Source: Pelagomonas calceolata (taxonomy: Eukaryota). Taken from it: DNA of 64,000 bases. The DNA is taken from assembly GCA_918797485.1 (NCBI GenBank), contig CAKKNE010000003.1:1178001-1242000 (forward strand). The letters run 5' to 3'. The notes beneath the pieces are model-generated. The model had not been told where the DNA came from, ran no database searches, and worked only from the letters and a program-made list of their open reading frames with translations. The first letter of the stretch is position 1. Each line of letters begins with the position of its first letter. The position numbers were made by a program, and so were the translations under genes. This document shows, one piece after another, positions 10,260-23,700 of this stretch.

Positions 10260-11300
10260 CTACAGGCTCGTCCCGTCGCGCTCCTCGCTTTTATGAGGGG
10301 TCAGCGGCCCCTGCGCGAGCATCGAGTCGACCTGGCTTTTTAAAGCTGGCCGCGACAGCGTCGCGATGTCGACGTTCTCCTCCTCCCAGAGGACCTGGTC
10401 CACCGTCGACGCGACCTTCGACGCGGCTGTCGACGCCGCCGACTTGAGCGTCGCGAGGACGCCTTCATCAGTAGTGGACGCGGAGTCGAGCAATGCGGGC
10501 AGCGCCACCACACAAAAGTCGACGCACGCCAACGCCGCGGGCAGCGCCTCGGCGGGCGATAAGGGCGGCGCGCCCCCGTACGGGTGCGCGATGGCCGTGA
10601 GCGTCTCCTTGAGCGGCTCGCCGTCTCCTTCAAGGCAGGGGCCGTGGTGCGCCCGCAGTTGCCGCGCCTTGAACAAAATACCGACGCCGAGCACGGACGC
10701 CCGTTGCGAGGCCTCGGACCACGTCGACCTGTGTGGAAATCAAATTTCGGGCGCCCCACGCCATCGACGCGACGTCGTCCCTGTAACTGCATCTGCTCGA
10801 TGGCGTGTAGAGCTAACGCCATCGACACGAGGTTGCCTCCATTCCTGCGTCTGCTCGATGGCGTTTAGGTGGACGAAGGTCTCCGCAACAAATCTCAGGA
10901 TAACCTAACTCATTGATTTCCACACAGACGTCGACGGCGCGCCTCTTGCCAATTCCGTTGCCTGAGTCGACGCGCGCCGCGCGGGCGGGCCCGGGCCCGG
11001 CGTGAGTTGCTGTGGAGGCTGGCGTTCTGCAATTTCCCGCGCGACCTCGACGGCCGCCTCTAGGCATTCCGCGCGCTGCTCGGCGAGCGCCTTCGCGCTC
11101 CTCGCTCTCTCCTCGAAGAGGGCCACCTCGAACTGGCGCGCGCGCTCCTCCGCCGCGGCGGTCCTTTGCTTTTCGGTGTCTAGCGCTTGTTTGAGGCCTT
11201 TGGCCTGGTCGGCGGCGAGCTTCGCGGCGCGTTTGCTGGCGCGGTGCTTTTCGCGTTCTTTGTCCAAGAGTTTTTGGGTTGTCGCTGCCTCGCTGGCCAT
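10260..11300 (-). CDS. Hypothetical coiled-coil protein (intron 10729-10935)
   Basis: Removing the introner plus one TSD copy joins ...RGAP|STWSEASQRASVLGVGILF in frame. Confidence 0.7.
10729..10927. mobile_element. Introner element, 199 bp
   Basis: TIR CTGTGTGGAAATCAA...TTGATTTCCACACAG. Perfect 8-bp TSD ACGTCGAC at 10721-10728 and 10928-10935. Confidence 0.95.
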
Positions 11301-11981
11301 TTTTTGGATGCGGCGATTGGCGCCAAGCAGCTCTCCTGTTGCAAAATGCTCTCAGTATGGTGCTCCCGTTGTTGGGCGCAGGCGACGCGTCGCCGGCGTT
11401 GCCGCAGCCTTAGGGCAGTTGTCCAAATGCGCAGAATCGGACACGGTCTCCTATCCCCAGCGCTGTGCTCACACTGTGGGCCCAGCCCCTGCTCCCTCAG
11501 GCTAGAGAGTTTACGCTATGAGCGGGCACCTCTTTCACCGCTCAAAGCATCGAAACACAGCTCGAGAAGCGACTCGAGACTTTCCGTCGTGTAATTTTTG
11601 TTTCTCAAACTTGCAGCCCACCTCAGACCGAAATGGAAGGCGCTCACAGCCCACGAACACATCGCATTCATAAGGTGAGCGCACCACGGGCCGCAGTAGC
11701 CTTCGTCTTGTTCGAAACTCGCGCATCACGCTTCTGGTGCAGTGATGCGGCAATCCTCGAAGTCTGGAGCGCACACGCTGCGTTTTGGCCTCTCACAGCC
11801 TTGCGCAATCGCATCGATGCGATTGCAAGCGAAGTGCGGGTGCCGACGCAGTACGCGGTCGCCGCGCGCACCGCACGAGGCGTGGCGCTGCATCAGAGCG
11901 CCGGCGCGCCGCGTTTGAGGGGAGAACGCGTACCGACCGCCGCCACCGCGAACTTGACCTCGCCACGCAGGCACCAACACA

Positions 11982-12841
11982 ATGCAGCTCATTTCTACTC
12001 TCGCTCTCGCTACCTCCGCGGCCGCGCTCGTCGCGCCGGCCGCGCCGAAGGCCTCCACCAAGCTCGACGTCGCGACGCTGAAGAACCCGTCCTCCACCGA
12101 GTTCGCCTACGGCCTCCCGGGCAACGAGATCCCTGGCGTCCCGAGCTCGCGCTTCGACTTCGACCCCCTCGGCTTCGCCGAGCGCGCGTCGCCGGCCGAG
12201 ATGGTCAAGTACCGCGAGGCGGAGCTCAAGCACGGCCGCGTAGCGATGCTCGCGATCACGGGCATGCTCTTCGCCGAGGTGTGGCATCCCATGTTGTATG
12301 CCCCGTCGAACGTGCCGGCGATCTTCGCGTGCGGACCCAGCGTCCTGAAGATGTCGCGTCGATGGCGTAGGGTTGACGTGCGTACGCGTCGGGATTTGAC
12401 GTGCTCCACACACAGGTTCCAGGGCACGCTCCAGCAGAGCTCCATCCTCGCTCCTGTGCTCTTAGCTATTGGTGCGGTCGAAACGGCGTCGTTCCCTGGG
12501 TGGGAGCCGACGGATTTCAAGATGAAGGATGGCTACGTGCCCGGCTCGTGAGCGACAGCGCACAAAACAAATTTCGCGGCGCTTGCCCGGCTCACCGGTT
12601 GATGCATCGCAGGTACGCGAACATCGAGGGCCTCTCGCCGTGGACGAAGGACAAGCTCTCGCCCGAGGAGTACTTACGGAAAGAGGTCGTCGAGCTGAAC
12701 AACGGCCGCCTCGCGATGCTCGCCTGCATCGGCCTCTGGGCCCAGGAGCTCGTGCAGCATGGTCAGCCCGTCATGTTCACGCTCCTCGAGAAGGTAGCGA
12801 CGTACGAGATCCCGGCGCTCTTCCAGGAGTTCCACCAGTAG
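11982..12841 (+). CDS. Light-harvesting chlorophyll a/c (fucoxanthin) binding protein (introns 12329-12415, 12548-12612)
   Basis: Signal-like leader, then FDPLGF, REAELKHGRVAMLA and ELNNGRLAMLA. GT-AG introns restore the frame. Confidence 0.93.
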
Positions 12842-12984
12842 ACGTCTCCCCGGGCTCAGGGCGCGGGCATCGGCCCGCGCGAAGCCCTCCCGCCGTTTTG
12901 TGTAACTTCGAAGTATGTCTAAAGAGCCGCATTCCAACAGCCCCACTTGTCCCCAAGCTGTCGCGTTGATGCGTGCGCTGATTC

Positions 12985-13005
12985 CTAGTGTCTTACAGAG
13001 CTAGC
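12985..13005 (+). promoter_or_regulatory. Recurrent intergenic CTAG-TGTCTTAC motif
   Basis: CTAGTGTCTTACAGAGCTAGC, about 200 bp upstream of the ATG at 13198. Confidence 0.6.
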
Positions 13006-13197
13006 TAACACGGCCGCGGTGCCGCTCAGCACTGCAAGCGCGGCCCTGCATGCACGCGTCGGCGACGCTGCATAGCAGCATTAGCTGCGGTGACGACAGA
13101 TCATCGCTCTTTGTGCTGCGAGAGAACGCCGCGGCACAGCAACTCGCTGCAGCTTGCCGCTGCACAGGCTGCACAGCAGCGAGGCAAATGGCCTAAA

Positions 13198-15745
13198 ATG
13201 GCTGAAATGGCTAGCATTTACGACGTCGCAGTGATAGGCGGCGGAGTAGTAGGTTGCGGCGTCGCGCGCGCCTGTGCGCTGGCCGGCCGCAAGACGGTCC
13301 TGATCGAGCGCGAGGCGGCGTTGGCCTCGTCGCATGCGAGCGGCGGCAACACGGGCATCGCCTGCACGGCGGCCGACTGCGACGAGGGCACGGTAGAGCA
13401 CGCATGCCTCGAGCGCGCGGCGGAGCTGAACCGCGACGCCTACGACGCGTGCAACGTGCTCTACGCGGCGACGGGCGCCGTCTACGTCGCCTACGGCGCG
13501 GAAGAGGAGGAGGCGCTCGAACGGCTGGCCGATGCGCACCGCGCCGCGGCCGACTCTCTAAACTCGGGCGCCGCCGTCGAGGCGCGGTGTCGATTGCCGG
13601 GGCTCGCGGCGCGCGGCGCGACGCGGGGGCTGCACGTGCGGCGCGAGGTCACGGTCGAGCCGTGGTGCGTGCCCGTCGCCTGGGCCCTCCACGCGCGCGC
13701 GAACGGCGCCGAGCTCCTGTTGGGCCAAGAGGTCATCGGCGCGGCCTTTGACCAACAAATGTGGACGCTCGAGTTGAGGCAGCGCCGCGGCGAGCGGGCC
13801 GGCGCCGCGTCGGCGTTGCGAGCGCGCGTCCTCGTGAACTGCGGCGGGCTCTACGCGGACGCCGTCGACGCGACGCTGCGCGCGGGCCGCCCTACGTTCG
13901 CCGTGGCGCCGCGGCGGGGCGACTACGTGATCCTGGACGCGCGGGGCCCGCTCGCGTCGTTAGGCGCTCTCGCGCGGCCCGTCGGCGGCGTACCGCTCGG
14001 TGAGTTAGGCCGAGGCGCCTACGCGTGGCGCACGGTCCACGGCGACGTGGTCGTCGGTCCGACGGCCGAGCCCTACTCGGAAAGGACGGTGCCCGCCGAC
14101 GATCATTCTTCAGAAGCCGAAGCGACCCTCTTGCGAGCGGCGAAACGGGCGCTCGGCGTCTCGAGCTTCGACGCGATTCGAGGCCGCTACGTCGGCCTGC
14201 GCCCGGGCGCCAGGGACCAGAGCGACTATATTATTAAAAGGGACGGCGCGCGCGTCACCGTGGCGGGCATCCGGTCGACGGGCCTGACGGCGTCGCTGGC
14301 CATCGGCGAGCGGGCGCTGGCGCTGGTCGAGGAGGTGCTGCCCCGCTGCGCGGTGCCCACACCACAGGGCTTCGCGCTGCCGTCGCTCGACGAGCTGCGG
14401 GCGTCCTACGAGGGCGACACGAGTGCGGGAACGGTGTCCATCGGCGGCGAACGCGTCGCGGTCACCCACCCGCAGACGCGCTTCGGCCTCTGCCGCGCCG
14501 TCGAGCCGAAAGCGCCGCGGGTCCAGCGCCACGTCAATAGTGCAGAGGCGGCCCTGTCACTGGTGGAAGAGTTGCGGGGGCGCGCGCCGACGAGCGTCGA
14601 ACGGATCGTGGGAGGCCGCACGAACGACATGTTCCGCGTCGTCGACGACGAGGGCGTCTCGGTCCTCGTCCGCGTCTACGGTGGAGGGGACGACCTAGGG
14701 ATTGACCGCGACCTGGAGGGGGCCACGTTTGAAGCGGCGGGCCGCCACCTCGGGCGGCCGCGGTGCCTGGGGCATTTCGCCAACGGTCGCGTCGAAGAAT
14801 TTCTCGAGGGCCACCGCAACACGACGTACGAGGACGTGAGCAATCCGACGGTCTACCGCGAGATCGCCCGGGCCGTCGCGACGCTCCACACGTTCGTTCC
14901 GCCGCCGGAGTTGTGCGGTCCGTCTGGGCACGACCTCGACGCGCCAGGTTTATGGCCCACGCTGCGGGGCTGGCTCGCGGCCTCGGCGACGGACGCGACC
15001 GCGACGGCAATTTCTCGCGACGCCGACGATGCGAAGCTCTGGAGCGAGTACGCCTGCTTCCGCGACTTTGACGCGTTCGGCGCGGTCATTGACGCGGCTG
15101 AGGCGCGACTGTCCCGCGGAGACGACCTCGACGCTTCGTTAGTTTTCGCGCACAACGACCTCACGCTGGATAATGTGATGGTCGGGCCCGACGGTACGGT
15201 ACGACTGGTGGACCTCGAGCGGGCGCCGGCGTCTGTATCATTTGCGTATTTACGTATAGACCACACGCAACAAGGCCGGCCGGAGTGGAGACGCATAGGA
15301 TGGTCGGTTTAGAAACGGGTGGGAGATAGATATGAGCGTCTCTGAACTGGGGCCGTACCATGCGCGCTCCGGTATTGATCGCTTTCTACATCCGCACAGG
15401 TACGGCGGGCCGAACTACGCGGCTTTCGACGTCGCGAATCACTTCTGGGAGTGGTGCGGCGGGCTCGACGACTCGGCGACGCCGCGCTTCGAGCGGTATC
15501 CGTCCGAGGCGACGCGGCGCGACTGGGTCGAGGCGCTGCTCGCGGGCGCGGAGCCGGCGGCCGTCGATCGCTTCTGCCGCGCGGTCGACGCGTTCGCACC
15601 GCTGGACCACCTGTTCTGGGGGCTCTGGGCCGTGACCCAGGCGGCCTCGCTGGGGCGCTCTACGGGCTTCCGCTACCTGTTGTACGCGTCGCATCGGCTG
15701 TCGCATCCTTCGGTCGCGGAGGCGGTCGGGCGCGTCGTGAGCTAG
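13198..15745 (+). CDS. FAD-dependent oxidoreductase (GlpA/LhgO-like) fused to a choline/ethanolamine kinase (GC-AG intron 15219-15399)
   Basis: N-terminal DVAVIGGGVVG, VNCGGLYAD and GIRSTGLTASLAIG. C-terminal GGRTN, VLVRVYG, NGRVEEFL, FAHNDL and spliced VDLE|YGGPNYAAFDVANHFWEW. Confidence 0.85.
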
Positions 15746-15773
15746 AGAGTTGTATAATAATGTCTGTACTTAT

Positions 15774-16466
15774 CTAGACGTCCTGGACGATGCCGTCGAT
15801 GACGTACTGCGTGCCACTGCGGCTATGAGTGTATGACCCTCCGGTGCGCACGGCCGCGAGGATGTGCCCCGACTTTTCTAAATTCCTAGCAGTTTCCGCG
15901 CGCGCGTCAACGTCGCCCTCGCCCGACGTCATCCACTTTATCGCATCGTCGAATTCATCCTTGACATACTTTTCAATGTTGCCGCCCCCTCGCGTGTGGA
16001 GCGACGGAGAGTCCGCGCCCGCCCGCAGAAGGGCACACAGAACCCCAGGCTGATGAGTAGCAGAGCAGAGCAGCGGCTTTTCACCCTGGCCCCGACGTGT
16101 AAAAGGATGCTGATGGACTATCTCGTCAACGCTCGCGCCCGCCTCAATCAGGACTTTGACAATTTCTGTCGTGTCGTACGCCGGATGTATGCACGCGACT
16201 ACGGCCGTAGCCAATGCCGTGCGACCCTCCTCAAGGCCGTCGATTTCTGCACCTTGAGCGAGTAGAACGCGGACCATGTCGGCGTCTCCGTCCGTGGCCG
16301 CCAACGTCAAAAGGCGATGCGGTGTGCCGAAACTGTCGAAAAATTCTTGGTTCACATCGCCGCCCGCTTTCACCCAGGCTTTCATGCCCGCGACGTCGCC
16401 CTCGCCCACCAGCTTACACATTTTTTGCCAGAGGCTATCATCCTGAGGAGGAGGGAAGAGCGGCAT
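15774..16466 (-). CDS. Ankyrin repeat protein
   Basis: LAATDGDADMVRVLLAQGAEID, GRTALATA and EIVKVLIEAGASVD. Confidence 0.7.
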   Translation of the reverse strand: MPLFPPPQDDSLWQKMCKLVGEGDVAGMKAWVKAGGDVNQEFFDSFGTPHRLLTLAATDGDADMVRVLLAQGAEIDGLEEGRTALATAVVACIHPAYDTTEIVKVLIEAGASVDEIVHQHPFTRRGQGEKPLLCSATHQPGVLCALLRAGADSPSLHTRGGGNIEKYVKDEFDDAIKWMTSGEGDVDARAETARNLEKSGHILAAVRTGGSYTHSRSGTQYVIDGIVQDV

Positions 16467-16622
16467 AGCTGGGACGAGCTTGGAATCAACGCACGCGTTT
16501 GTAGCCACGCGAAACGCTGGCGTCCCGCCCAGATTACGGCCGCGCGCCTGCGGCACCAATCAAAACGGGTTTACTAGGCTGTGGCTGCGAGAACTTACTC
16601 CCCCAACGACGCCGTCGCCGCC

Positions 16623-19600
16623 TCACGCCTCGGCCGCAAAGACGTGCAGCGCCACCTTGCCCGGCGACGCGTTCGCCCTCTTCTTCTCCGGCCCCGGCGC
16701 GTCCTGCGTGGCGTCGAGGTCGACGATCGTAATATCTAAGTCGCCGCCGCAGATGTTCTTCTGGACGTACGTCTTCGACTCTTCCAGAATCTGGACCTGG
16801 GAGAAGGGCAGGACGTCGTCGAACGCGCCCAACCCGACCTCCGCCGCGTAGTCCTGCGTCGATGTAAAGGGTTACGCGGCGGTCACGGCGACGGCGTAAC
16901 CTCCACGCCATCGACGCGACGACGGCGTAAAGGACGCAGAAAAAGCACGTGCTGGAAGCTCCCGAACTGCATGGCCAATTTGGCCTGCTTCGCGAAGGGC
17001 CCGTCCTTGGCGAACGCCGGGTCCTTCTTCAGCGCCCCGAGCAGCTCCTTCTTCTCGACCAGCGACCCGTTGCAGACGGCGCGTGCGGTCTTGAGCACGG
17101 CCTTGCGCCAGTCCGGGTAGGTCGTGGCCACGTAAACGTAGGCGCCGGCCGGCTTCTTGCCCTTGAGCGATTTGAGCTCCTTCGCGGAGTCGAGCCTAAG
17201 CTGCCGCGCGGCCGACCGCAGAAAGCCGTAGGACCTCGAAAGAGCTTTATCAACTGGCCTTTCAGCCGGCCAACTAATCGCTGCTTTCTCCTTGAGCACG
17301 TCGAACCAGACGTGATGGCTAAAGTGCGGGCACACCGGCGCGAGTAAAGCTGCCTGCACCCGAGCATAATCAACTAACAAACCTTGGTGCATCGGCACGC
17401 CCGATTTCGCGCACCAGTCTCTATAGGCATCTCTCAGTAACTGCAACCCAAAGGCGCCGGCCTGGATGCCGTCGCGCCACCGCATGGTCTCGTAGCATGA
17501 TAGAGTTTCGGCTATCATAGCACCGAGCTCGTTCTTGAACGCGCGGTCGACGAAATAAGACAATTCTCCATCTCTCAAGAGCAGCTGGTCCTTTTTTCCT
17601 ACCGTAGGATCGCGCATGGCCGCCCGCGCGAAGATTTCTTCGACATATAACATCGTCACCGCACTATCGGCCCGCTTCTGCTCAAAATTAGCATCCTCCA
17701 ACGTGTCGCCCGCGTCCGCACAGGCAAAGCGAACCGCGTCCGCCGAGTACAAGTCGATGGCCTCGTCGAGCATCAAGAAGTTGCCGTCCGACTTGGACAT
17801 CTTGGCCCCGTTGAGTAGTACAAAACCGTTCGTGTACATGCTCCGGGGCCACCGCGTCTCCGACTCGTTCGGCCAGATCGCCGCGTGATTATACAGGCAC
17901 ATCGTCAGGTGGTTGCCGATCAAATCTTTACCGGACACTCGCAGGTCCATGGGGTACCAGTACTGGAACTCGCTGCGCATCTTCTCGAGGAGTGCGTCAG
18001 GGATAGTGGTGGAGGGCTTCGGCGCGTTTGATTGGTAGATGTAGTCCCAGACTTCTGGGGTGAGCGCCGAGGCGGGGAAGTTCGCTTCTTGAGAACCATC
18101 GAGATTCGTGGAACCACTACCCTGTAACACATGACATACGGTGTAATAGGCCATATAAATGGTACTATCCGACAAGGATTCGATGACCCAGCCGTCGTCC
18201 CAGGGGATCTTCGTGCCCAAGCCAAATAAACGAGAGCACGCCCACTCGCGCATCCACCCGAGCGTGTACTTGAACCGCGCGAGACACTCCGCGTTGTAGG
18301 CCTCGAAACTTTCGTCGACGTGCTTCATGACACCGTTGCGCCAGGCCTCTTCCCCGTACTTCAGGTACCACTGCTCCGTATGCGCTACGATGCACTCTTC
18401 GCCCGACCGGGACATCACCTGACTTTCCGGTTCAAAATACAGCAGAGCATCACCGGAAGCAATTAACTCGTCCTTGACCTTCTGCTTCGCGTCCGACACT
18501 TTTTCACCTTTATGAGGCCCGACTAACATGATCCCATAATTAAACCCATTCAAATAAGTCTCGCCCTTCGCAATTTTGAGCTTGGCCGCATCCTTCTGAG
18601 ACGTGATCTTGAGCTCCTCGCACCAGTACTCGGCGGACTTGTCCGACGACCAGGCCTTCTTCGCCGTCTTGCCCTCGCCCGACTTTTCGACGCTGATGTT
18701 TATTATAGGTACCACATCAAACGCTACATGCTTCTCTTCGATGCCGTACTTAGTACGTAACTTCTCGTCAGTCTTCAATTCATGGAGCGCGATCCAGTCG
18801 TCCGGCGCGTCCGAGGGTACACTGGTAACTACTCCGGTACCTTTGACCATACTGATGGTCGTAAGGGGTAGAGTGTAGACTATATCGTACTTCGCGAGCG
18901 GGGCCTTGAGCGGACATCCGAGTAGTTCGCTACCCTTGAACAGCGCTCCGACCAACTCGGGCTTGCCCCACTCCTTTGAATAGCCATGGAAGTCGTCGGG
19001 GCCGTTCGGATTCGGCGTGAAGGCGCCCTGGTGGCTCAGGCCGACGGCCGCTCTGTGAGACATGACGAAGATCTGGCCGTTCGCCTGCCGGAAGGCGCCG
19101 TAGTCGCCCGACGGCAACACATAGCAATTCGTTTGCCCGTACATCGTTTCCGGTCGCAGCGTCGCGGGCACCAAAAACACCTCACTGTCGCCACACGCTT
19201 TTAAACAAGGCCAATTGCTATCAGCAACTTTCAATTTAATAAGAGAGTACTCTTGCGGGCCCACTCCTTCCCCTGAACTACGATCGTGGTCGGCGCAGCA
19301 CTGCGCGTCTTTCACGGCGTACACATTAGCTCTTTTACCATACGCGATGCGGTCACCTTCTTTCAATTTCAAGAACTGCCATCTCACAAACGAATCGTAG
19401 TACGGGTTTTTATCCGTAGTGACAAATGACCGCCGCCAGTCGATGGACGCCCCGAACTTCTTCAAATCCGACACACCATAGGGCGGGAAGTAGTCCAGCC
19501 ACCGGTACGGTTCCGCAAACGCAGCAATTTCATTGGCAGGGATACCCATCTTCTCCAGAGCTTGCCACTGGTAGGAAGTACCCGCGGCCTTCTGGCCCGT

Positions 19601-20277
19601 CTTCGCTTTTTTGGCCTTGCCCTTCTTGCCGAGGGCGGCCATCTCCTTCGCGAGGGAGTCCACTTCTTTCGTCGGTGCGGGCGGCTTGTCTTCCGGGAAC
19701 TGCGGAGGATTGCCATAGGTTGCGATCTCGTTTTTTAGTTTATTGGCTGCTGCTTGAATCGGCATGCCCGTGCAGTGGAAGCCGAAGGGGAATAAGACAT
19801 TATATCCTCTCAATCTTTTGAAACCAGCGGCGAACTCCGCTTTCGTGAGTGAGAAGGCATGTCCCAAATGTAATCTCCCGTTCATGTAGGGGTACCTGTA
19901 CGTGCATAGTTACGTTCATACGGTACACTCTCTCGGTACGGTACGACGAGGAGGCGTCAGACAGCATTTGTAAAATGCGAGCCGCGGGCATGGGCGCACG
20001 CGGGCTCCCGGGCAGGTTCGTTCCGCGTACTCGCGGGGCCCGGGACAACCGCGGGCCGTTCCCTGTCTTCTCGCGCGTCATCCCTCGCCTCCTCTCTTCT
20101 CTTGTGTTGTTGGACGCTGCGTCAGGACGGGAAGGTCACGAAGAACTTGGGCTTGCCCTGTTCGGCGTCGGCCTCGAACGTGCCTTCGGTCTCCCACTGC
20201 CGCTGGACCTGGGCTTCCAGCTTGAGGAGGGCATCTCTGCGCGTGTTAGATTTGGGTGGGGCCGGTGGGGTCGCCAT
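16623..20277 (-). CDS. LARS1: Cytosolic leucyl-tRNA synthetase (introns 19896-20128, 16854-16948)
   Basis: KFFVTFP|YPYMNGRLHLGH (HIGH motif), ATLRPETMYGQTN, GTGVVTSVPSDAPDD and KMSKS. Confidence 0.96.
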
Positions 20278-20468
20278 CGTCGCACGCGTCTCGGTTTTGC
20301 AGTGCTCTCCGTGTGCTGCTGCTTGCTCGCAGTTCAACGCTCGCGCAGCGACTGGCGTGCGGTGAGCGGGTATCGCTGTGCTTCAAGACCACGTGCCGTG
20401 TCCCAGACAGCGATCTATGCTCGGAAGCGATGCAAACACGCGGATTTTTGCGCAAGCCTCGCCATCGG

Positions 20469-20488
20469 GCTAGCGGTAAGACACTAGC
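20469..20488 (-). promoter_or_regulatory. Recurrent intergenic CTAG-TGTCTTAC motif
   Basis: Minus strand GCTAGTGTCTTACCGCTAGC, between divergent LeuRS and kinase genes. Confidence 0.6.
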
Positions 20489-20797
20489 AAGTTTTTTTCG
20501 GGACTTCATGCAAGCGTCCGAGCATCCTCATAAAATGGCTACGCCGCTCTCACAGTCGCTCCACGGGGAAATCACTAGAACCCGCTTTGCAAAACAAAGT
20601 TTTGAGTGCGCCGTCGGCCGCGCCGTTCCGCACGCGCGCCAGCCACACCTCTGTGCCACGGGCAGTCCCGCGGCAGCCCCGCGGCGGCACTCCGGCACGG
20701 GCGACGCGTCGGGCAGCCATCACTGCGCGCGCCGCTTCCACAGGCCCACCAGACGGCTACAAGAGCGGCCGCGCCGGGGCAGCGCTACACACAAGCA

Positions 20798-23700
20798 ATG
20801 CCGCGCGCCGCGGAGGTGCCGCCGGCGTTCGCGAGCGGCTCGCACGACAACTATATTGTACTGGAACGAATTGGTGAAGGTAGTTTCGGCAAGGTCTACA
20901 AAGGACGACGAAAACACACGGGCCAGACCGTCGCGTTGAAGTTCATCGGCAAGCACGGCAAATCGGAAAGAGATTTAAGGAACTTGCGCCAGGAGATCGC
21001 CATCCTCAGCGCTTTAGATCATGAGAACGTCGTGAAGATGTTCGACTATTTTGAAACTGAAAGAGAATTTTGTGTCGTGACGGAGTTTGCTAGAGGGGAG
21101 CTGTTCGAGATCCTCGAGGAGGACGGGACCTTGCCGGAAGAGGCGGTTCGAGATATTGCTCGTCAGCTAGTGAAGGCGCTGCACTACTTGCACTCGCAGC
21201 GCATCATCCATCGGGACCTGAAGCCGCAGAACGTTTTACTAGGAGCGAATGGCCGGGTCAAGCTATGCGACTTCGGCTTCGCTAGAGCGATGAGTATGGA
21301 TACCATAGTATTGACATCTATAAAAGGTACACCCCTGTACATGGCTCCGGAGCTCGTCAAGGAGCAGCCCTACGACCACACGGTCGATCTGTGGTCCCTC
21401 GGAGTTATCTTATTTGAGTTACTGGTGGGCCAGCCGCCGTTCTATACGAACTCGATCTACTCGCTCATAAACCACATCGTGAAGGACCCCGTGGTCTTTC
21501 CTAGTCATGTTTCTGAAAGATTTGAATCATTTCTGAGCGGTCTGCTAAGGAAGGACCCCCGCCGGCGACTCGCGTGGCCCGAGCTTCTGGAGCATCCGCT
21601 GGTCCAGGATACTGATGAGGATAGACAGAAACAAGAAGAGGAAACGAGGTTCTACGAGGGCTGTGGGGGCGCGGGCCCGCCGCGCGGTCGACTGGAAAGG
21701 TTCGTCGCGCGATTGGAGACGACGCCGATGGATACGACGGAGGACCCCATGCCGCCGCCGCCGCCCCGCGAAGTACGACAAAGGGAGGCGCGGCCGCCGG
21801 CGCCGCCGCCCGCGCACACTCAGGGTTTGGACGCGGCGCGATCGGCCCTCCGGAAAGGTACTATATCCTCACTGAGAGACGCGCTCTCGGCGTGCGCCGA
21901 CGCTGATTTTACAGATGACTGGAGTGACACGGTAGAAGACGTGTGCCAGAAGGCGGTTGAAATGGCGACTGCATGTCGGCGCGGGCCGCGGGAAAAGCGA
22001 GACCCTCCCGCAAAATTACTGGGGGGCTGCTGCCGCGTCCTCGAGAAGGCGTTGCAACACAAAGCCGCCAATGCTTGCCAAGCTACGTTAGATTTAGCTT
22101 CGCAACTCGTACGAGCGCCGCCGTGGTTGAGGGATAGAGAAGGCGATTCCTCGAAGCCCTTCGTCGCCACGTCCGCGCGCTGGGCCCTCGCGGCGTCGCT
22201 CCGCAAAGCTCTTCTGGAAGAGGAAAACGGGTCCGACCCTATCATAAGGCAAGCCGCTTTAAGGTGCGCCATCTCTGCTTTAAAACGAGCGACGCCCGCG
22301 ACGCTCGACGTCTTGCTGGCCCACCAGCTCCCTCGAGCATTGGCAGCTCGGATCACGGGCGACGACGCCCTATCAGCTGCCAAAGCTTTGGCCTTGTTCC
22401 TGGAGCCGCCCTACAACGGCCACTGGAAACCGCCGTCGCCCTTTCCCTTGTCTATTGTCGGTGACGAAGATGATGATTCTGCATTAAGGAGCGCCGACGG
22501 CGTCTCCACGTCCGTGCGGGAGCGTTTTGCATTAAGACGACGCGTGGAGAAGGCCGTCGCGGAGGCGGTTGGAGATGATGCGCAGTCCGAGTCCGCGCGC
22601 GGCCTCTCCGCCTTGCTGGAGGCGACTAGCGACGACGCTTCCCGAAGATTGGTGTTGAGGACCATCGCGCGCTGCGCCGCCGCATCCACAAATTCCGCTC
22701 GAGCATTGGCTGCTTGTGGCGTCTGGTCCACGTGTTGTGATATTGCGACGAGCGATACTCCTTATGCCTCTGGATTGAGCCTCGCTGCTCTGGGAGCCAT
22801 GGCGAAGGCCGACGCATTAAGTCCAGACGCAACTCTACAAGCGGTCGAGGCGGCGAAGCAGGTGCTAAACGGCGGCTCCGACGACGCGCGCGTCCTGAGC
22901 GCGGCGACCGGTTTATTGGATGGGGCGTTGCGGGCCGCTCGTTCCCGAGCCGACGCCCACGCCAAGGCGAAGAACGAGGACGAGGACGCGCTGAAGGGCC
23001 CGAACGCCGTCGCTACCGCTGTTCTCAAAGCCGCCGCGGCGCCGAAGGCCCTGCAGGCCGTCTGGCGCGTCTTGACCTACGAAAGTCCACGCATAGAGCA
23101 CGAGACCGATTCTGATGGAGACTCGGACGACGACGGGCGGGGCTCGCGCGAGCTCGCTTCAGCAACACTGCTGGACGGCGGACGATTAGGTGCGCGGCGC
23201 TACGGGTTGTTGGACGCGCCGCTGCGCCTGTTGACGCACTCGGCGGCGCTGGTGCCGTTGATCGGCGCGCGCCTGACGGCAGCTAAGTTATGGAGGCCCC
23301 TGATCGACCAACTGTCCCGAGGCGGCGCGAACGAGCTGAGCCCCGGAGGGGTGGTGGCGGGCCTGGGCTGCGTCAAGGCGATGCTCGACGCGGCGCCGGC
23401 GCGCGACCGGCCCGCGCTCATCTCCGAGAATAATGGGGCGCTCGCGCGCGTCTGCGCGACGTGTTGCTCGCCGCCTTATTTAGGTAGGGTGGCGAGATGG
23501 CCCGAAAACGCCGACGGCGGCGCGTCCGGCGTCGGGGCGTGCTTGCAGGCCGTGGCCCAGCTGCTGCGAGCAACCTTGGCGCGGGAGGGCGCCGCCGCCG
23601 CGCAGGCCGGCGCGACGCCGCCCGCGGGCCCGTCGCCCGACGTCGCCGCGGAACCGACCCCAAAAACGGAGGCCGAGCAACTACGGATAGCTGTTGATGA

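Noticed and set aside
10729..10927. Repeated CGCCATCGA units as a CRISPR-like array
   Set aside because: Repeats are irregular, inverted and inside TIR/TSD-bounded introns of a eukaryote. There is no constant spacing and no cas gene.
12329..12415. Apparent protein insertions in LHC and in RBM25 (62887-63012)
   Set aside because: These are in-frame, stop-free introns with GT..CAG ends and the intron core motif.
20606..20797. Long N-terminal extensions in the ORF track (also 39889, 55055, 13090, 25049)
   Set aside because: They start at non-ATG codons and read as UTR or promoter sequence. Downstream ATGs fit the homologous N-termini.
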